Origin: Candidatus Bipolaricaulota bacterium
Lineage (GTDB): Bacteria; Patescibacteriota; Patescibacteriia; UBA11705; DATKZF01
Length of the DNA: 64,000 nt
Assembly: GCA_035528115.1 (NCBI GenBank)
Contig: DATKZF010000003.1
Coordinates: 86,699-150,698 of the forward strand
Direction of reading: 5' to 3'
The translations under genes and the position numbers were made by a program. Under the pieces are notes generated by a model. That model worked only from the letters and a program-made list of their open reading frames with translations, was not told the origin of the DNA and did not search any database. Shown here in pieces: positions 9,015-18,017 of the stretch. How positions within the stretch are numbered: position 1 is the first letter of the stretch; each line of letters begins with the position of its first letter.

Positions 9015-11822
9015 TTAACCGCTTTTAGCCGCGCCAAGGGCTTTTATTTTCAATTTTTTCGACAAACTCAAAGCGCCCAAAACCCCGGTTAAAACACCGG
9101 CCGCAATACCCAAAATAATTTTGACCGGCAAATTCCTTTGAGGCGTTGATTTTTCCACGATAGCGGATACTACTGTCGGCGCTTCATCCGGTAAAATCGT
9201 AATATCCGCCTCTATTCTCGGGGTCAGGCAATAACCATCTTTCTCCGGCATTAAAACGCCGCTCAAAAAAACCCGCCGGCCGTTTTCCAAATCCTTCAGG
9301 CTCAAACCGGTATTTTTCTTCACGCATACTTTCAAATCGCCGTCCGTTGTCACCAAATTAAAACCTCCGGCAAGTTTTTCCGACACCTCGCCTTCGGCTT
9401 CGATTAAAAATCCTTTCAACTCGGGCAAGCGATCCAAATCCAAAGAGGTCTGTCCGATGATTTCGTCATCTTCCAAAAAAACAATGCTTTCCGCCGCGTC
9501 TATTTTTATCTGATAAATTTCTTTTTTCGAGAACCTGCCGCTAACTTTGACCCGCTGTCCGATTTCAAGATCCGGCCACTCGGCTTTATAAAAATAGATT
9601 TCCGCGGCCAGCTCTTCATTTTGAACATACATTTTTTGTTTGTAAAACAGTCCCGGCGCCACCGTCACCTGTCCTTCGAAAAAAACCAAAGCATCGTCTT
9701 TTAAATTTTCAGCCGAATCCAAAGTCAGCTCGACAATGCTCTCCGCTTTCTCTTGTTTGGCCACAACGGTTTTCGCGGACGCTGTTACCGTTTTTTTCTC
9801 CTCCGCGGGCAAAGCTTCCTCGGCTTCTGCGTCCGGCCGCTCTTCAATGATGTTCTTTGAAGCCGGCGTGGGCAGGCTGGTCAATGTCCAAAATCCTGAG
9901 TCGTCTTTGACCAAAGCGTACGGCAAAACCACTTTTTTCTGGTCGAATTCCAGCGCGGAGCCCGGCAAATCTCCATAAATAATCTCGTCGAGCAATTGTC
10001 CGTTTTTGGAAAACAATCGAATTTGGTCGCCGGCGTTGTTTAAATTTTTCGTTTTAACTATCATATAAAACTTGGCGGGAATAATCCCTTTTAAATAAAA
10101 CTTGGAATTGCCGCCCTCCTGCAAATAAAAATCTGACGCGTCAATGTCGACATCGGAAGAATTGAATATTTCAACCCATTCCGTTTGTCCGGAAAACGGC
10201 TGGGACATTATTTCATTGATGGATAATTTACCGACCAAATCAACCCGCTTTTCATCGACAACATCTTCTCTGGACTCTGAAATATCTTCCGGCTCGGTTT
10301 CTTCATCGGTCAAAGACGATTCATTAACCTCCTCAACGATTTCCTCGGATTCGAAAGAATTCTCCAGGCCCGGCGTGGATATTTCTGAAATCATCCAATC
10401 GTTTCGCGAATCAGTGTCGATTCCGGAAACGCGCGACAAACTCATGCCGGCGGCCAGATCAACGCTCGATGTCCAAGCGCCCGCGTCGGTTGTTTGGAAA
10501 TTTTGCGCCGACAGCCATTGTCCGGCTTCAACCAAAAAGTTCGCTTGGCTTTGGCTTTTGGTGAATTTACCGTCATTATTGGCGTAAATCAAGACGTCCA
10601 AAACTTGATATTTTTCATCGCGCAAAACCAAAATATTGTCAGTGGCCGTTAAATTTTTTTCCAAATCAATCAAAATATATTGATCTTTTTTTACGGCGCC
10701 CAAATCTTTCACTTCCGCGATCAAAGTCTCGCCTTGAAACAATTTCAAATTTTCAATGATCCCCGATTCCAAAACGCGAAGCTCCACCCAATCAATGGTT
10801 TCTTTAAAAGCGACTTCATTGATCAAGACTTCGGCTTGATTTGAAATGGGCTCATCCTCAATGGACGACAAATTTTCAGCAACGTCTTGATTGTCCGGTT
10901 CTTCATCAATGATAGCCTCGTCTTCCTCTTGCTCGCCATTGTCCGTTTCAATCGCGTCGCCGGACGCGACATTTTCCATTTCTTCCAAGCAAGTGTCAGA
11001 GGACGCCGTTTGATTCGTTTCCGTCAAAACAACATCATCTGACGCGAAAGTTTCGATTATCTCAACATCCGCCGTGGCAAGTATGGAATCTTCGTCGATG
11101 ATCAAATCCGCGGAAGCGATTATCTCGTTTTCTTCGATTGGCAAATCGTCTTCAATCTCGATAATCATGGCGTCATCGGTGGCGGGATTTCCGCCGCAAC
11201 CGTCGTCATTTTCAGAGCTTAAAAAATTCTCCGCGCCAAAAGAGGCGAAATCAATCGCGTCAGCGTCCAAATTTTTCGCCAATAAACCGGCCGACCAGGA
11301 ATCGGCCAAATTACCGTCTTTTATTGGAATATTTCTGACCATGGAAGCGAAAAACTCCGCGTCCCCGTCAAGCGGCGCTCCCCCGTCTCCGGCTTGGTCG
11401 ATTAAAATCCCATCTTGATCGTAAAGTCTGATCAACAAAGTGGAATTGCTTAAACTTACCGCCCGATCTTGCAAATCCGGTTCGAAATCAATGACCGATT
11501 CGGCCTCGGGAAAATTGGCGATGATATAAAAATCATTGGCTCGAATAAAATGGTCTTCGGGAATTTCCAGCATCAAGGTTTCTTGGCCGTTTGACAATTT
11601 GGTCAGATACCAGCCGCCCATTTCGATATTTTCGGAAGTTGAATTTTTCAATTCAATGATTTCGTCGGAGCTCGAATAACTTGATCCCGCCCAGGACAAT
11701 TCATTGATAATCACCGAGTTCTCAACGGCTCGCGCGCTGAACGCGAACAAAAATGTGCTGAATATGATCGTTAAGCAAATAACGGTGAATATCAACAATT
11801 TTTGGACTGGCAAATAAAACAT
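9015..11822 (-). CDS. large secreted/surface protein with three lamin-tail-domain (LTD)-like modules, acidic linker, C-terminal TM anchor
   Basis: 935 aa. N-terminal signal/TM (LLIFTVICLTIIFSTFLFAFSARA). LTD-like INE motifs: VIINELSWAGSSYSSSDEIIELKN...GGWYL; VLINEVAFKETIDWVELRV; LSINEIMSQPFSGQTEWVEIFNSSDVDIDASDFYLQ. D/E-rich region. C-terminal hydrophobic helix (VKIILGIAAGVLTGVLGALSL) followed by KKLKIK. Confidence 0.6.
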   Translation of the reverse strand: MFYLPVQKLLIFTVICLTIIFSTFLFAFSARAVENSVIINELSWAGSSYSSSDEIIELKNSTSENIEMGGWYLTKLSNGQETLMLEIPEDHFIRANDFYIIANFPEAESVIDFEPDLQDRAVSLSNSTLLIRLYDQDGILIDQAGDGGAPLDGDAEFFASMVRNIPIKDGNLADSWSAGLLAKNLDADAIDFASFGAENFLSSENDDGCGGNPATDDAMIIEIEDDLPIEENEIIASADLIIDEDSILATADVEIIETFASDDVVLTETNQTASSDTCLEEMENVASGDAIETDNGEQEEDEAIIDEEPDNQDVAENLSSIEDEPISNQAEVLINEVAFKETIDWVELRVLESGIIENLKLFQGETLIAEVKDLGAVKKDQYILIDLEKNLTATDNILVLRDEKYQVLDVLIYANNDGKFTKSQSQANFLVEAGQWLSAQNFQTTDAGAWTSSVDLAAGMSLSRVSGIDTDSRNDWMISEISTPGLENSFESEEIVEEVNESSLTDEETEPEDISESREDVVDEKRVDLVGKLSINEIMSQPFSGQTEWVEIFNSSDVDIDASDFYLQEGGNSKFYLKGIIPAKFYMIVKTKNLNNAGDQIRLFSKNGQLLDEIIYGDLPGSALEFDQKKVVLPYALVKDDSGFWTLTSLPTPASKNIIEERPDAEAEEALPAEEKKTVTASAKTVVAKQEKAESIVELTLDSAENLKDDALVFFEGQVTVAPGLFYKQKMYVQNEELAAEIYFYKAEWPDLEIGQRVKVSGRFSKKEIYQIKIDAAESIVFLEDDEIIGQTSLDLDRLPELKGFLIEAEGEVSEKLAGGFNLVTTDGDLKVCVKKNTGLSLKDLENGRRVFLSGVLMPEKDGYCLTPRIEADITILPDEAPTVVSAIVEKSTPQRNLPVKIILGIAAGVLTGVLGALSLSKKLKIKALGAAKSG

Positions 11823-11970
11823 ATTTTTTCAATTGATTATTAAATCTTCAGGGTCCAAGCGGGTCGGCCGTATTTTGGCCGACCCGCTGAAACATATAGC
11901 AATGCCCATCGAGTCTTGAGCGATCTTCTCCGCCAGTCGTAACCGACGAGCAGGTTGCGCTCAAGCCCGC

Positions 11971-12549
11971 TCACATGCAAGGCTTTGGCGATAAATAAAG
12001 ATACGGATAATCCTCTGCTTTGGCCACCAGCTGCCATCTTTCCTTAACCGGCCCGTTTTTGAGAATTTCCAATTTCTTTTGCAAGCTGTTTTGATCTTTG
12101 ACCAAATTGACGAACGAATCATCGGCCCACATTTTCAATTTTTTTCCGTCTTGCCTTTTCTTGGCTTCTTCCCTGAAAAACCAAATGATTCTTTTGGCGT
12201 TGGAGCGTTTAACCTTATCGTTGCCCGCAAACAATTCGGCCAGCGGGTAATCCCCTTCTTTCGCTTCCTGATACAAATTATCCATAATTTCTTTGGAGAC
12301 CCTTTTTTTGAATTCACCGTAAACCGCCACCGGATTGTCCAGGTCAGCCGGTAATTTGAACATCCAGTAAAAATGATTGGGCATGATCAGATACGCCAAG
12401 TTGGCGACTTTCAAATCCTTGGCCACGGACTTGATGTTTTTGGTCATCAAGTCAAGATAAGCTTTGTTAACAAAGAGATTTTTTCTGCCGGCGATCGAAC
12501 TTGAATACAAATAAGTTCCTCCGGCTTGTCTTTCAATGAATTTTGACAT
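11971..12549 (-). CDS. IS200/RAYT-like protein with degenerate HuH motif (possibly inactive or domesticated Y1 transposase homologue)
   Basis: 192 aa. LIMPNHFYWMF aligns to the IMPNH[VL]H motif of the other two RAYT-like genes, but the second His is replaced. Flanked by GC-rich hairpins (11859-11887 perfect 11-bp stem; 12695-12730 region). ATG at rc 12547-12549. Confidence 0.4.
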   Translation of the reverse strand: MSKFIERQAGGTYLYSSSIAGRKNLFVNKAYLDLMTKNIKSVAKDLKVANLAYLIMPNHFYWMFKLPADLDNPVAVYGEFKKRVSKEIMDNLYQEAKEGDYPLAELFAGNDKVKRSNAKRIIWFFREEAKKRQDGKKLKMWADDSFVNLVKDQNSLQKKLEILKNGPVKERWQLVAKAEDYPYLYLSPKPCM

Positions 12550-12735
12550 AATTTTTTTATGAATTTATTATTTATGCGATCGCAAATTTATGTTAAAGAG
12601 CAAAAATATTTTATAGCGGTCCCCCGCGAAGTTTTTTCAGGCGAGACTTTCACCTTCTGCGCGGGGAACCCCTCCACTTCCATTATCACCCGCGAGCGTT
12701 AAATAAAATAGGGATTTTTGTCAGCTTCAGTCAAC

Positions 12736-12767
12736 AAAAAAAACGCTCAAAAAGAGCGATTTTTTAT
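12736..12767. terminator. hairpin with flanking A and T tracts between repeat A1 and the RAYT-like gene (likely terminator for the sigma/anti-sigma transcript)
   Basis: aaaaaaaa-cgctc-aaaaa-gagcg-attttttat. Confidence 0.5.
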
Positions 12768-12825
12768 GTGATATAATCAAATCAATTTTACGATGTCAGC
12801 GAACGCTGACAACTGTGGATAACAC

Positions 12826-13075
12826 GTTACGAATAATCATCGCTAATTAACTAGCCTTGGCGTTATTTTCGTTACAAATACGTTTACGTTTATGTTACGA
12901 ATTATCCCGAGGGGATCCCGTTGGGACAATCTTCTATTTGGCTTTTAGGTTATTTGTTACAAATTACAAGATTCTTAGGCATAAAGCTATAGGTGAATGT
13001 AATTTGTAACATCCGTCCGTGAGTCAAATGGAATTTCTACTTCGTAACGATCCAGCTTCTACACCCCTGACCCAC
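12826..13075. repeat. Family-A dispersed intergenic composite repeat, copy A1 (inverted relative to A2 and A4)
   Basis: The reverse complement matches A2 and A4 blockwise: gttacgaagtacaagattccatttggcctacggacggatgttacaaattacattcacctatagctttatgcctaag...ttgtaatt(c/t)gtaacaaataacct(g/a)aaagc(t/c)aaatag. Ends with acccctgacccac, the rc of gtgggtcaggggt at the start of A2. Confidence 0.7.
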
Positions 13076-13089
13076 CCCCCAGCTTCTCT

Positions 13090-13152
13090 GTTTCATGCTA
13101 CATGCTACATGTTATGTGTTATGTGATATGTGATCCATGATACATGACATGT
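13090..13152. repeat. degenerate heptanucleotide tandem array (about 9 units, GNTAYRT) starting 2 nt after the anti-sigma gene stop
   Basis: gctacat gctacat gttatgt gttatgt gatatgt gatccat gatacat gacatgt read directly from the sequence. Confidence 0.7.
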
Positions 13153-13154
13153 GC

Positions 13155-14120
13155 TTACCTCGGCTCGAAATAAATATTGGCGTTTTTGACCTTTGGCATG
13201 GCCTGCAACATGCCTCCCATGCCTTCCAAAAATTCCCGATGCATTTCCAAATTATTCTGAAAATCCTTAAAATCTTCCATCATCATCGGCTCTGGAGACC
13301 TCTTAAATTGAATGTTGAAACTCCTATCTTTCAATTGTTCCAACATTTGTCGGGCTCGCGCCTCATCCCCAATCACTTTGATGCCTCGAGCCTGAAAATC
13401 AACGACCGGCTCTCCCAAAATGACAATCACGTCCCCGGAAGCCAAGATCGCTTTTTGAGGCAAAACTTTGCAACCGGGCAATAGTCGAACCTTGATTTCC
13501 TGGCCTTGCGGAGTTTTTACCAAAAATTCTCTGGTTCCTTGAGCGGGCATTTCCGCCACCAATCCGACAATTCCATTGCTATTCAACATTCTCGGTCCGT
13601 GTTTTTCATATAATTTTTTGGCGATCGGAGAAAAAACCGGCGCGGTCAAATTTTCATTATCCACTTTTTCTTGAATCGTTTCATTGATGTCCGAAGCGAA
13701 AATGGCGCCGCCGCCGAGACCTGAACCGGCCAGTAAAATAATCAGCAAAGCGGCGAAAGATCGATTATAGGAAATTTCCAGCCGAGACATCAGCCAAGAA
13801 GCGAATCCGGTCAGCGCCAAAACGCAAAAGAAAAGCACATATGGCAAATTTTTCAAAATAACGGCAATGCCTCCGGCGCCGAAACCAGCGTATTCCAAGC
13901 TGTTGCCCGCGGAAATATCGTATATCGACAAATTGACGATAAAAACCGAAACAAGCAAAGACGCGCTGAACAGCGACAGCAGCAAAACCTTTTTCGACTT
14001 GAAATAATAGGACGATCTCATTTTAATCAATGAGATTCGGTCCATTACCCGATCGCGCGCGTCCATAGTCGGACTTTCTTCTTTTAATTTTTGAAAATGA
14101 TTTTTAAAATTATTCTTCAT
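13155..14120 (-). CDS. putative anti-sigma factor-like membrane protein (downstream of and 11-nt overlapping the ECF sigma gene)
   Basis: 321 aa. Cytoplasmic N-terminus, then TM helices (VLLLSLFSASLLVSVFIV; LPYVLFFCVLALTGFASWLM; AALLIILLAGSGLGGGAIFA). Position and overlap with the ECF sigma gene are typical of a sigma/anti-sigma pair. No named-domain match. Confidence 0.4.
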   Translation of the reverse strand: MKNNFKNHFQKLKEESPTMDARDRVMDRISLIKMRSSYYFKSKKVLLLSLFSASLLVSVFIVNLSIYDISAGNSLEYAGFGAGGIAVILKNLPYVLFFCVLALTGFASWLMSRLEISYNRSFAALLIILLAGSGLGGGAIFASDINETIQEKVDNENLTAPVFSPIAKKLYEKHGPRMLNSNGIVGLVAEMPAQGTREFLVKTPQGQEIKVRLLPGCKVLPQKAILASGDVIVILGEPVVDFQARGIKVIGDEARARQMLEQLKDRSFNIQFKRSPEPMMMEDFKDFQNNLEMHREFLEGMGGMLQAMPKVKNANIYFEPR

Positions 14121-14661
14121 ATATATCCGATAATTTTTTCTTGGCTCGATTCACCAAAATTCCCACCGCGTTCTTGCTTTTTCTCAGGATCAACGACATC
14201 TCCTCATACGACTTTTCTTCAAAATATTTCAGAATCAACACATTTTTGTATTTGTCCGGCAATCTATTCAGGCATTCTTTCAATTTTTTCGCCTCATCGT
14301 CCTGATCCGCCATTTCTTCCAAATCGGCGTCATCCGCGATATCAAGCGGATTGTTCTCATCGTCCAAATACCGCTTTTTATAACGAGAATTTTTTTTCAA
14401 CCAATTGACCGCCTCATTATGAGCGATGCGGTAAATCCAGCTGGAAAACTTTTTTTTTCGATTGAATCCCTTCAAATTCTTGTACGCTTTCAAAAAAACT
14501 TCCTGCGCTATTTCCGCCGCTTCCTCGCGGTGATTGATCAATCTGAAAATATAGGCAAAAAGCTTATTTTGGTACCTACCTACAATATACCTATATTTCT
14601 CTTTATCTTCTTTTATTGTCAGCTCGACGAGCTCATTGTCGTCGAGTAAAGAATAATCCAT
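14110..14661 (-). CDS. RNA polymerase sigma-70 factor, ECF subfamily
   Basis: 183 aa. Region 2 motif FLKAYKNLKGFNRKKKFSSWIYRIAHNEAVNWLKK. Region 4 HTH LNRLPDKYKNVLILKYFEEKSYEEMSLILRKSKNAVGILVNRAKKKL. Confidence 0.8.
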   Translation of the reverse strand: MDYSLLDDNELVELTIKEDKEKYRYIVGRYQNKLFAYIFRLINHREEAAEIAQEVFLKAYKNLKGFNRKKKFSSWIYRIAHNEAVNWLKKNSRYKKRYLDDENNPLDIADDADLEEMADQDDEAKKLKECLNRLPDKYKNVLILKYFEEKSYEEMSLILRKSKNAVGILVNRAKKKLSDIYEE

Positions 14662-14752
14662 GTAATTTTGCCCCTATTATTACTACAATTTCCCGCCGAA
14701 AACCTTTCAAAAAATGACGCCGTTACTATACATTTAATCATATTTCAAGGAA

Positions 14753-14784
14753 TAAAAAAAGCCCCGAAAGTCCGGGGCTTTTCT
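14753..14784 (-). terminator. rho-independent terminator downstream of the 1022-aa giant protein gene (A/T tracts on both sides)
   Basis: aaaaaaa-gccccg-aaagt-ccggggc-ttttct. Confidence 0.7.
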
Positions 14785-14792
14785 CGAAGTAT

Positions 14793-17700
14793 TTATCTCA
14801 AATCCATCATTGAATCATACGATCTCGCCGACATATCCGCGCCGGTGCCGTATGTTATGCCGGTAGAAACGTTCTCAATCAAGAATTTATCCATAAAACC
14901 ATTGCTGGTGAACGCCGACGTGGAAATTAAATATTTAACTCCATCTTCGATATAATACTTATTGGTCGAACCGTTATATCTGATAACGCTGCCGCTCGGA
15001 TGAACATTGTCCGAGATCGAATCCACTTCCGTGTAGTTGGAGAAGAAGCTGGCCGCGATATCGACGACGCGTTTGTTCCATTCCGAACCGTACAACGCCG
15101 ACGCGACGCCTTCGGTTTCCACCCATCTGATATTGCCGCCCTGTTCCACGGCGTAAACCTTCGGCACCGATTGAATCTTGATCAGCCAAGTGCCTTGTCT
15201 CATGGTCACATTGCTGCCCAGAGGAATCTGCGCCAAATCGTTATCGGAAATCACCTTCACGTTGTTGAAATTCTCGTACCAAGAGAAATATACTTTATCA
15301 TTCGGAAAAACGTGTCTGTAACCGTCAGCGCTCAAGTAATATACGGTTGTCCTCGTGGAATTTTTCACCAAATCGCCAATTGCCAAACTGCCCGGAAACA
15401 AACCCGAAGGAGTTTCGACGGTCACCGGCTCGGAAGTATCTTCTTCTGCCGGCTGTTCGGCGGTTTCTACACTTTCCACGTAATTGATGGTGTCGGTATA
15501 AGTGGCGCTTTGATTATTGGTGGAAGTTTTGAATTTGACATAAACGGTCTTTTCTCCGAAGCCTTCCGTCAATGTCCAGGTCTTTTCGCTCGCGTACGGT
15601 TCCCATTCGGAACCCAAGAAATTAATATCGTTTGAAATCAGCATGGTGGCCGCGTTGTCAGCCGTTAATGTCAAGGTCACCACTCTGCTCAACGTTTCTT
15701 CATCTCCATCATTAATCACGGCTGACACGCTGCTCGAAGGAATCGTGCCCGTGCCGCCGCCTCCACCGCCACCGCCGCTGGCTCTAACGTTGGCGGAAGT
15801 ATAAGTGGCCTGCGCAGTGGTATTGGCCGCTCGATTGGTCGAATCGGTCGTCCAAGTGATAAAGCCGGTTTTAGCAACACTCACGTCGTCCGTGCCGCCA
15901 TCGGAAGCCACCGGAGTCGCGCAATAATAAGATCCCGTTACTTCCGTGCAACTGGTGCCGCCAACCGTAACCGTGGCGTCCGTCAAAGAACTAGCATATC
16001 CGTCCTGACCGACCACTTTATGTGAGTATAAAAGCGCGCCGCTGGTAGTCGTTTGTTGAGCGTCAGCTGTCGCAGTTCTATCAGTACCGAAAGCCAAGTC
16101 GTTGGTATTCTGAACATATCCGTCCAACGTCACCTGAATGGCCAGTGTCGAATAAACCAATGGCGTCGCGCAATACCAATTGCTGTCCGAACCCTTGGCG
16201 CAACTAACCGCTTGGGCGTCTCCGACCGCCACCGCCGTCGCTGTCGCTTTTACATTGGTTCCTACAGCCTCCGTAGGTATTGAAGTTATTTTATAAGCGT
16301 ATTTCACCGAACCCGTGGTGGTGGTTTGCTGAGCATCCGTAGTGGCGGTTCTATCATTTAGTATGCCAAAAGAAGTAATATCCTGAACATACCCGTCTTT
16401 AGTCACTTTCAAAGCCGCGGTGGTATCTTCCAATGGAATGGCGCAATACCAATTAGTATCACCGCCTTGGGCGCAATCGACAGCCTGCGAGTCGCCGGCG
16501 GCCAAGGCCAACACCGTAGTCTTTAATTCAGTCGCTAAATTTTCCGTTGGAATTGAAGCTATCTTATAAGCGTATTTCAAGGTGCCGGTCGAGGCCGTCT
16601 CCTGAGCGTCGGCATTGGCCGTTCGATCGGTATCAAACGCTATGGAAGTGATATCTTGCACATAACCGTCCTTAGTCACTTGAATGGCCAAGGCCGTATG
16701 AGCGACAGGGACTTGACAATACCACTCGAGAGCGGAATAAAGACAGTTAACGGCTTGAGCATCTCCCGTATAAACGGCAGAGGCTGTGCCGACCACGTCA
16801 GTGCCTATCTGTTCGGTCAATATTGAAGACAATTTATAGGCATAGTCATTTGACGTGGTATATGCCGTTTGCGCGGCGGCGGCTATTGTCTGGGTGGCAT
16901 CGACATAATCCACCATACCGTCAAGAGAAACCGTAACCGTATGCGGCCCGGCCGCCAAAATGGTGGTATCTATAGCGATGTATATAACACCATCAGATGT
17001 GCCGTCCCCATCGCCCACTCCTCCATCCGTTACCGCGTCCGCGGTGGCGACAACCACCGTAGCTCCTACCATGGAAACTGATTGCTCACTTAAAAAAGTA
17101 ACCTTGACCGTGAAGTCATTAAGCGAATTAACGGCCGTTTGAGTGCCCGATTCGGTAGCCGGGGGCAAGACACTGCTGACTTCATTATCAGCATAGCCTT
17201 GATCTTCCAGCGTTTCGGTCGTGATAGTGTCCACTGCCGTGCCGACCGGAACGGGAACTCCGAAAGCCGTATTATCGCTGCTCGCGGTGCCGGTAATCGG
17301 CGTGCCGTCAGCATCAAAGGTGCAAACCTCATCGCCATCGCCGGTAATGGCCGCGGCCAATTCATCCGTTAAAGTCACCATGACCGAAAATTGATTTGCC
17401 GAATTAATAGTGTTCTGAGATCCGATCGCGTAAGTCAACGCGGTTGAAGTCCATTTTAAATATCCATCATCGCCAAGAGCTTCCGAGGTAACCGTTATGG
17501 CTTCTCCGTCGTCATTGCAACCTCCTAGAATATCGGCTACAGCCACATCGATAACATCAGCCGTCGCGCTGCTGTCGCAAGCGTCGCCGTCCACGCAAGT
17601 CTGCACAGCGCCATTGCACTGTATGGTCACTTGCCAATCGCCGGTAGCGGCCAAAGTAATCGCGGCGCCGAATTCATCTATCGCATTAATGGTAACTCCG

Positions 17701-17861
17701 CCCGCGTCAGCTCTGGCGACATCCACGTGATTCATATCCATAACCGCCCAAAATGCTATCGCCAAAACGGCGACCATGAAAACTTTCAGGCTCAACGGAA
17801 GAAGTTCATGAAAAAGACTTTTATTTTTTTCCATATTTCTTATTTCTTTCGACTGAATCAA
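14793..17861 (-). CDS. giant secreted repeat protein: signal peptide, about 4 tandem ~100-aa Ig-like Cys-pair repeats, poly-Gly linker, C-terminal shared ~110-aa module
   Basis: 1022 aa. Signal/TM LSLKVFMVAVLAIAFWAVMDMNHVDVARA. Tandem repeats (...KDGYVQDITS..DRTA.ADAQ.T...G.LKYAYKI.SIPTE...QAV.C....D.NWYC..P). SGGGGGGGGTGT linker. C-terminal module VYYLSADGYRHVFPNDKVYFSWYENFNNVKVISDNDLAQIPLG... is shared with the neighbouring giant proteins. Rho-independent terminator just downstream (14753-14784). Confidence 0.6.
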   Translation of the reverse strand: MIQSKEIRNMEKNKSLFHELLPLSLKVFMVAVLAIAFWAVMDMNHVDVARADAGGVTINAIDEFGAAITLAATGDWQVTIQCNGAVQTCVDGDACDSSATADVIDVAVADILGGCNDDGEAITVTSEALGDDGYLKWTSTALTYAIGSQNTINSANQFSVMVTLTDELAAAITGDGDEVCTFDADGTPITGTASSDNTAFGVPVPVGTAVDTITTETLEDQGYADNEVSSVLPPATESGTQTAVNSLNDFTVKVTFLSEQSVSMVGATVVVATADAVTDGGVGDGDGTSDGVIYIAIDTTILAAGPHTVTVSLDGMVDYVDATQTIAAAAQTAYTTSNDYAYKLSSILTEQIGTDVVGTASAVYTGDAQAVNCLYSALEWYCQVPVAHTALAIQVTKDGYVQDITSIAFDTDRTANADAQETASTGTLKYAYKIASIPTENLATELKTTVLALAAGDSQAVDCAQGGDTNWYCAIPLEDTTAALKVTKDGYVQDITSFGILNDRTATTDAQQTTTTGSVKYAYKITSIPTEAVGTNVKATATAVAVGDAQAVSCAKGSDSNWYCATPLVYSTLAIQVTLDGYVQNTNDLAFGTDRTATADAQQTTTSGALLYSHKVVGQDGYASSLTDATVTVGGTSCTEVTGSYYCATPVASDGGTDDVSVAKTGFITWTTDSTNRAANTTAQATYTSANVRASGGGGGGGGTGTIPSSSVSAVINDGDEETLSRVVTLTLTADNAATMLISNDINFLGSEWEPYASEKTWTLTEGFGEKTVYVKFKTSTNNQSATYTDTINYVESVETAEQPAEEDTSEPVTVETPSGLFPGSLAIGDLVKNSTRTTVYYLSADGYRHVFPNDKVYFSWYENFNNVKVISDNDLAQIPLGSNVTMRQGTWLIKIQSVPKVYAVEQGGNIRWVETEGVASALYGSEWNKRVVDIAASFFSNYTEVDSISDNVHPSGSVIRYNGSTNKYYIEDGVKYLISTSAFTSNGFMDKFLIENVSTGITYGTGADMSARSYDSMMDLR

Positions 17862-18017
17862 TTATGATTCAATCCAAAAGTTAATTAATCGCAGGATATT
17901 AAAATCCCTATATATATTAAAAGCTAAATTTCAACCTTTGAGTATATTATACAACAAAAATAAAAAATATTTACAGTTATCCACATCGCCCCATTAACTC
18001 TGTTTTCATAAAAGAAT

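Noticed and set aside
15000-15635. 211-aa plus-strand ORF inside the 1022-aa giant protein gene
   Set aside because: Antisense to a gene with clear signal peptide, domain repeats and a terminator. No independent support.
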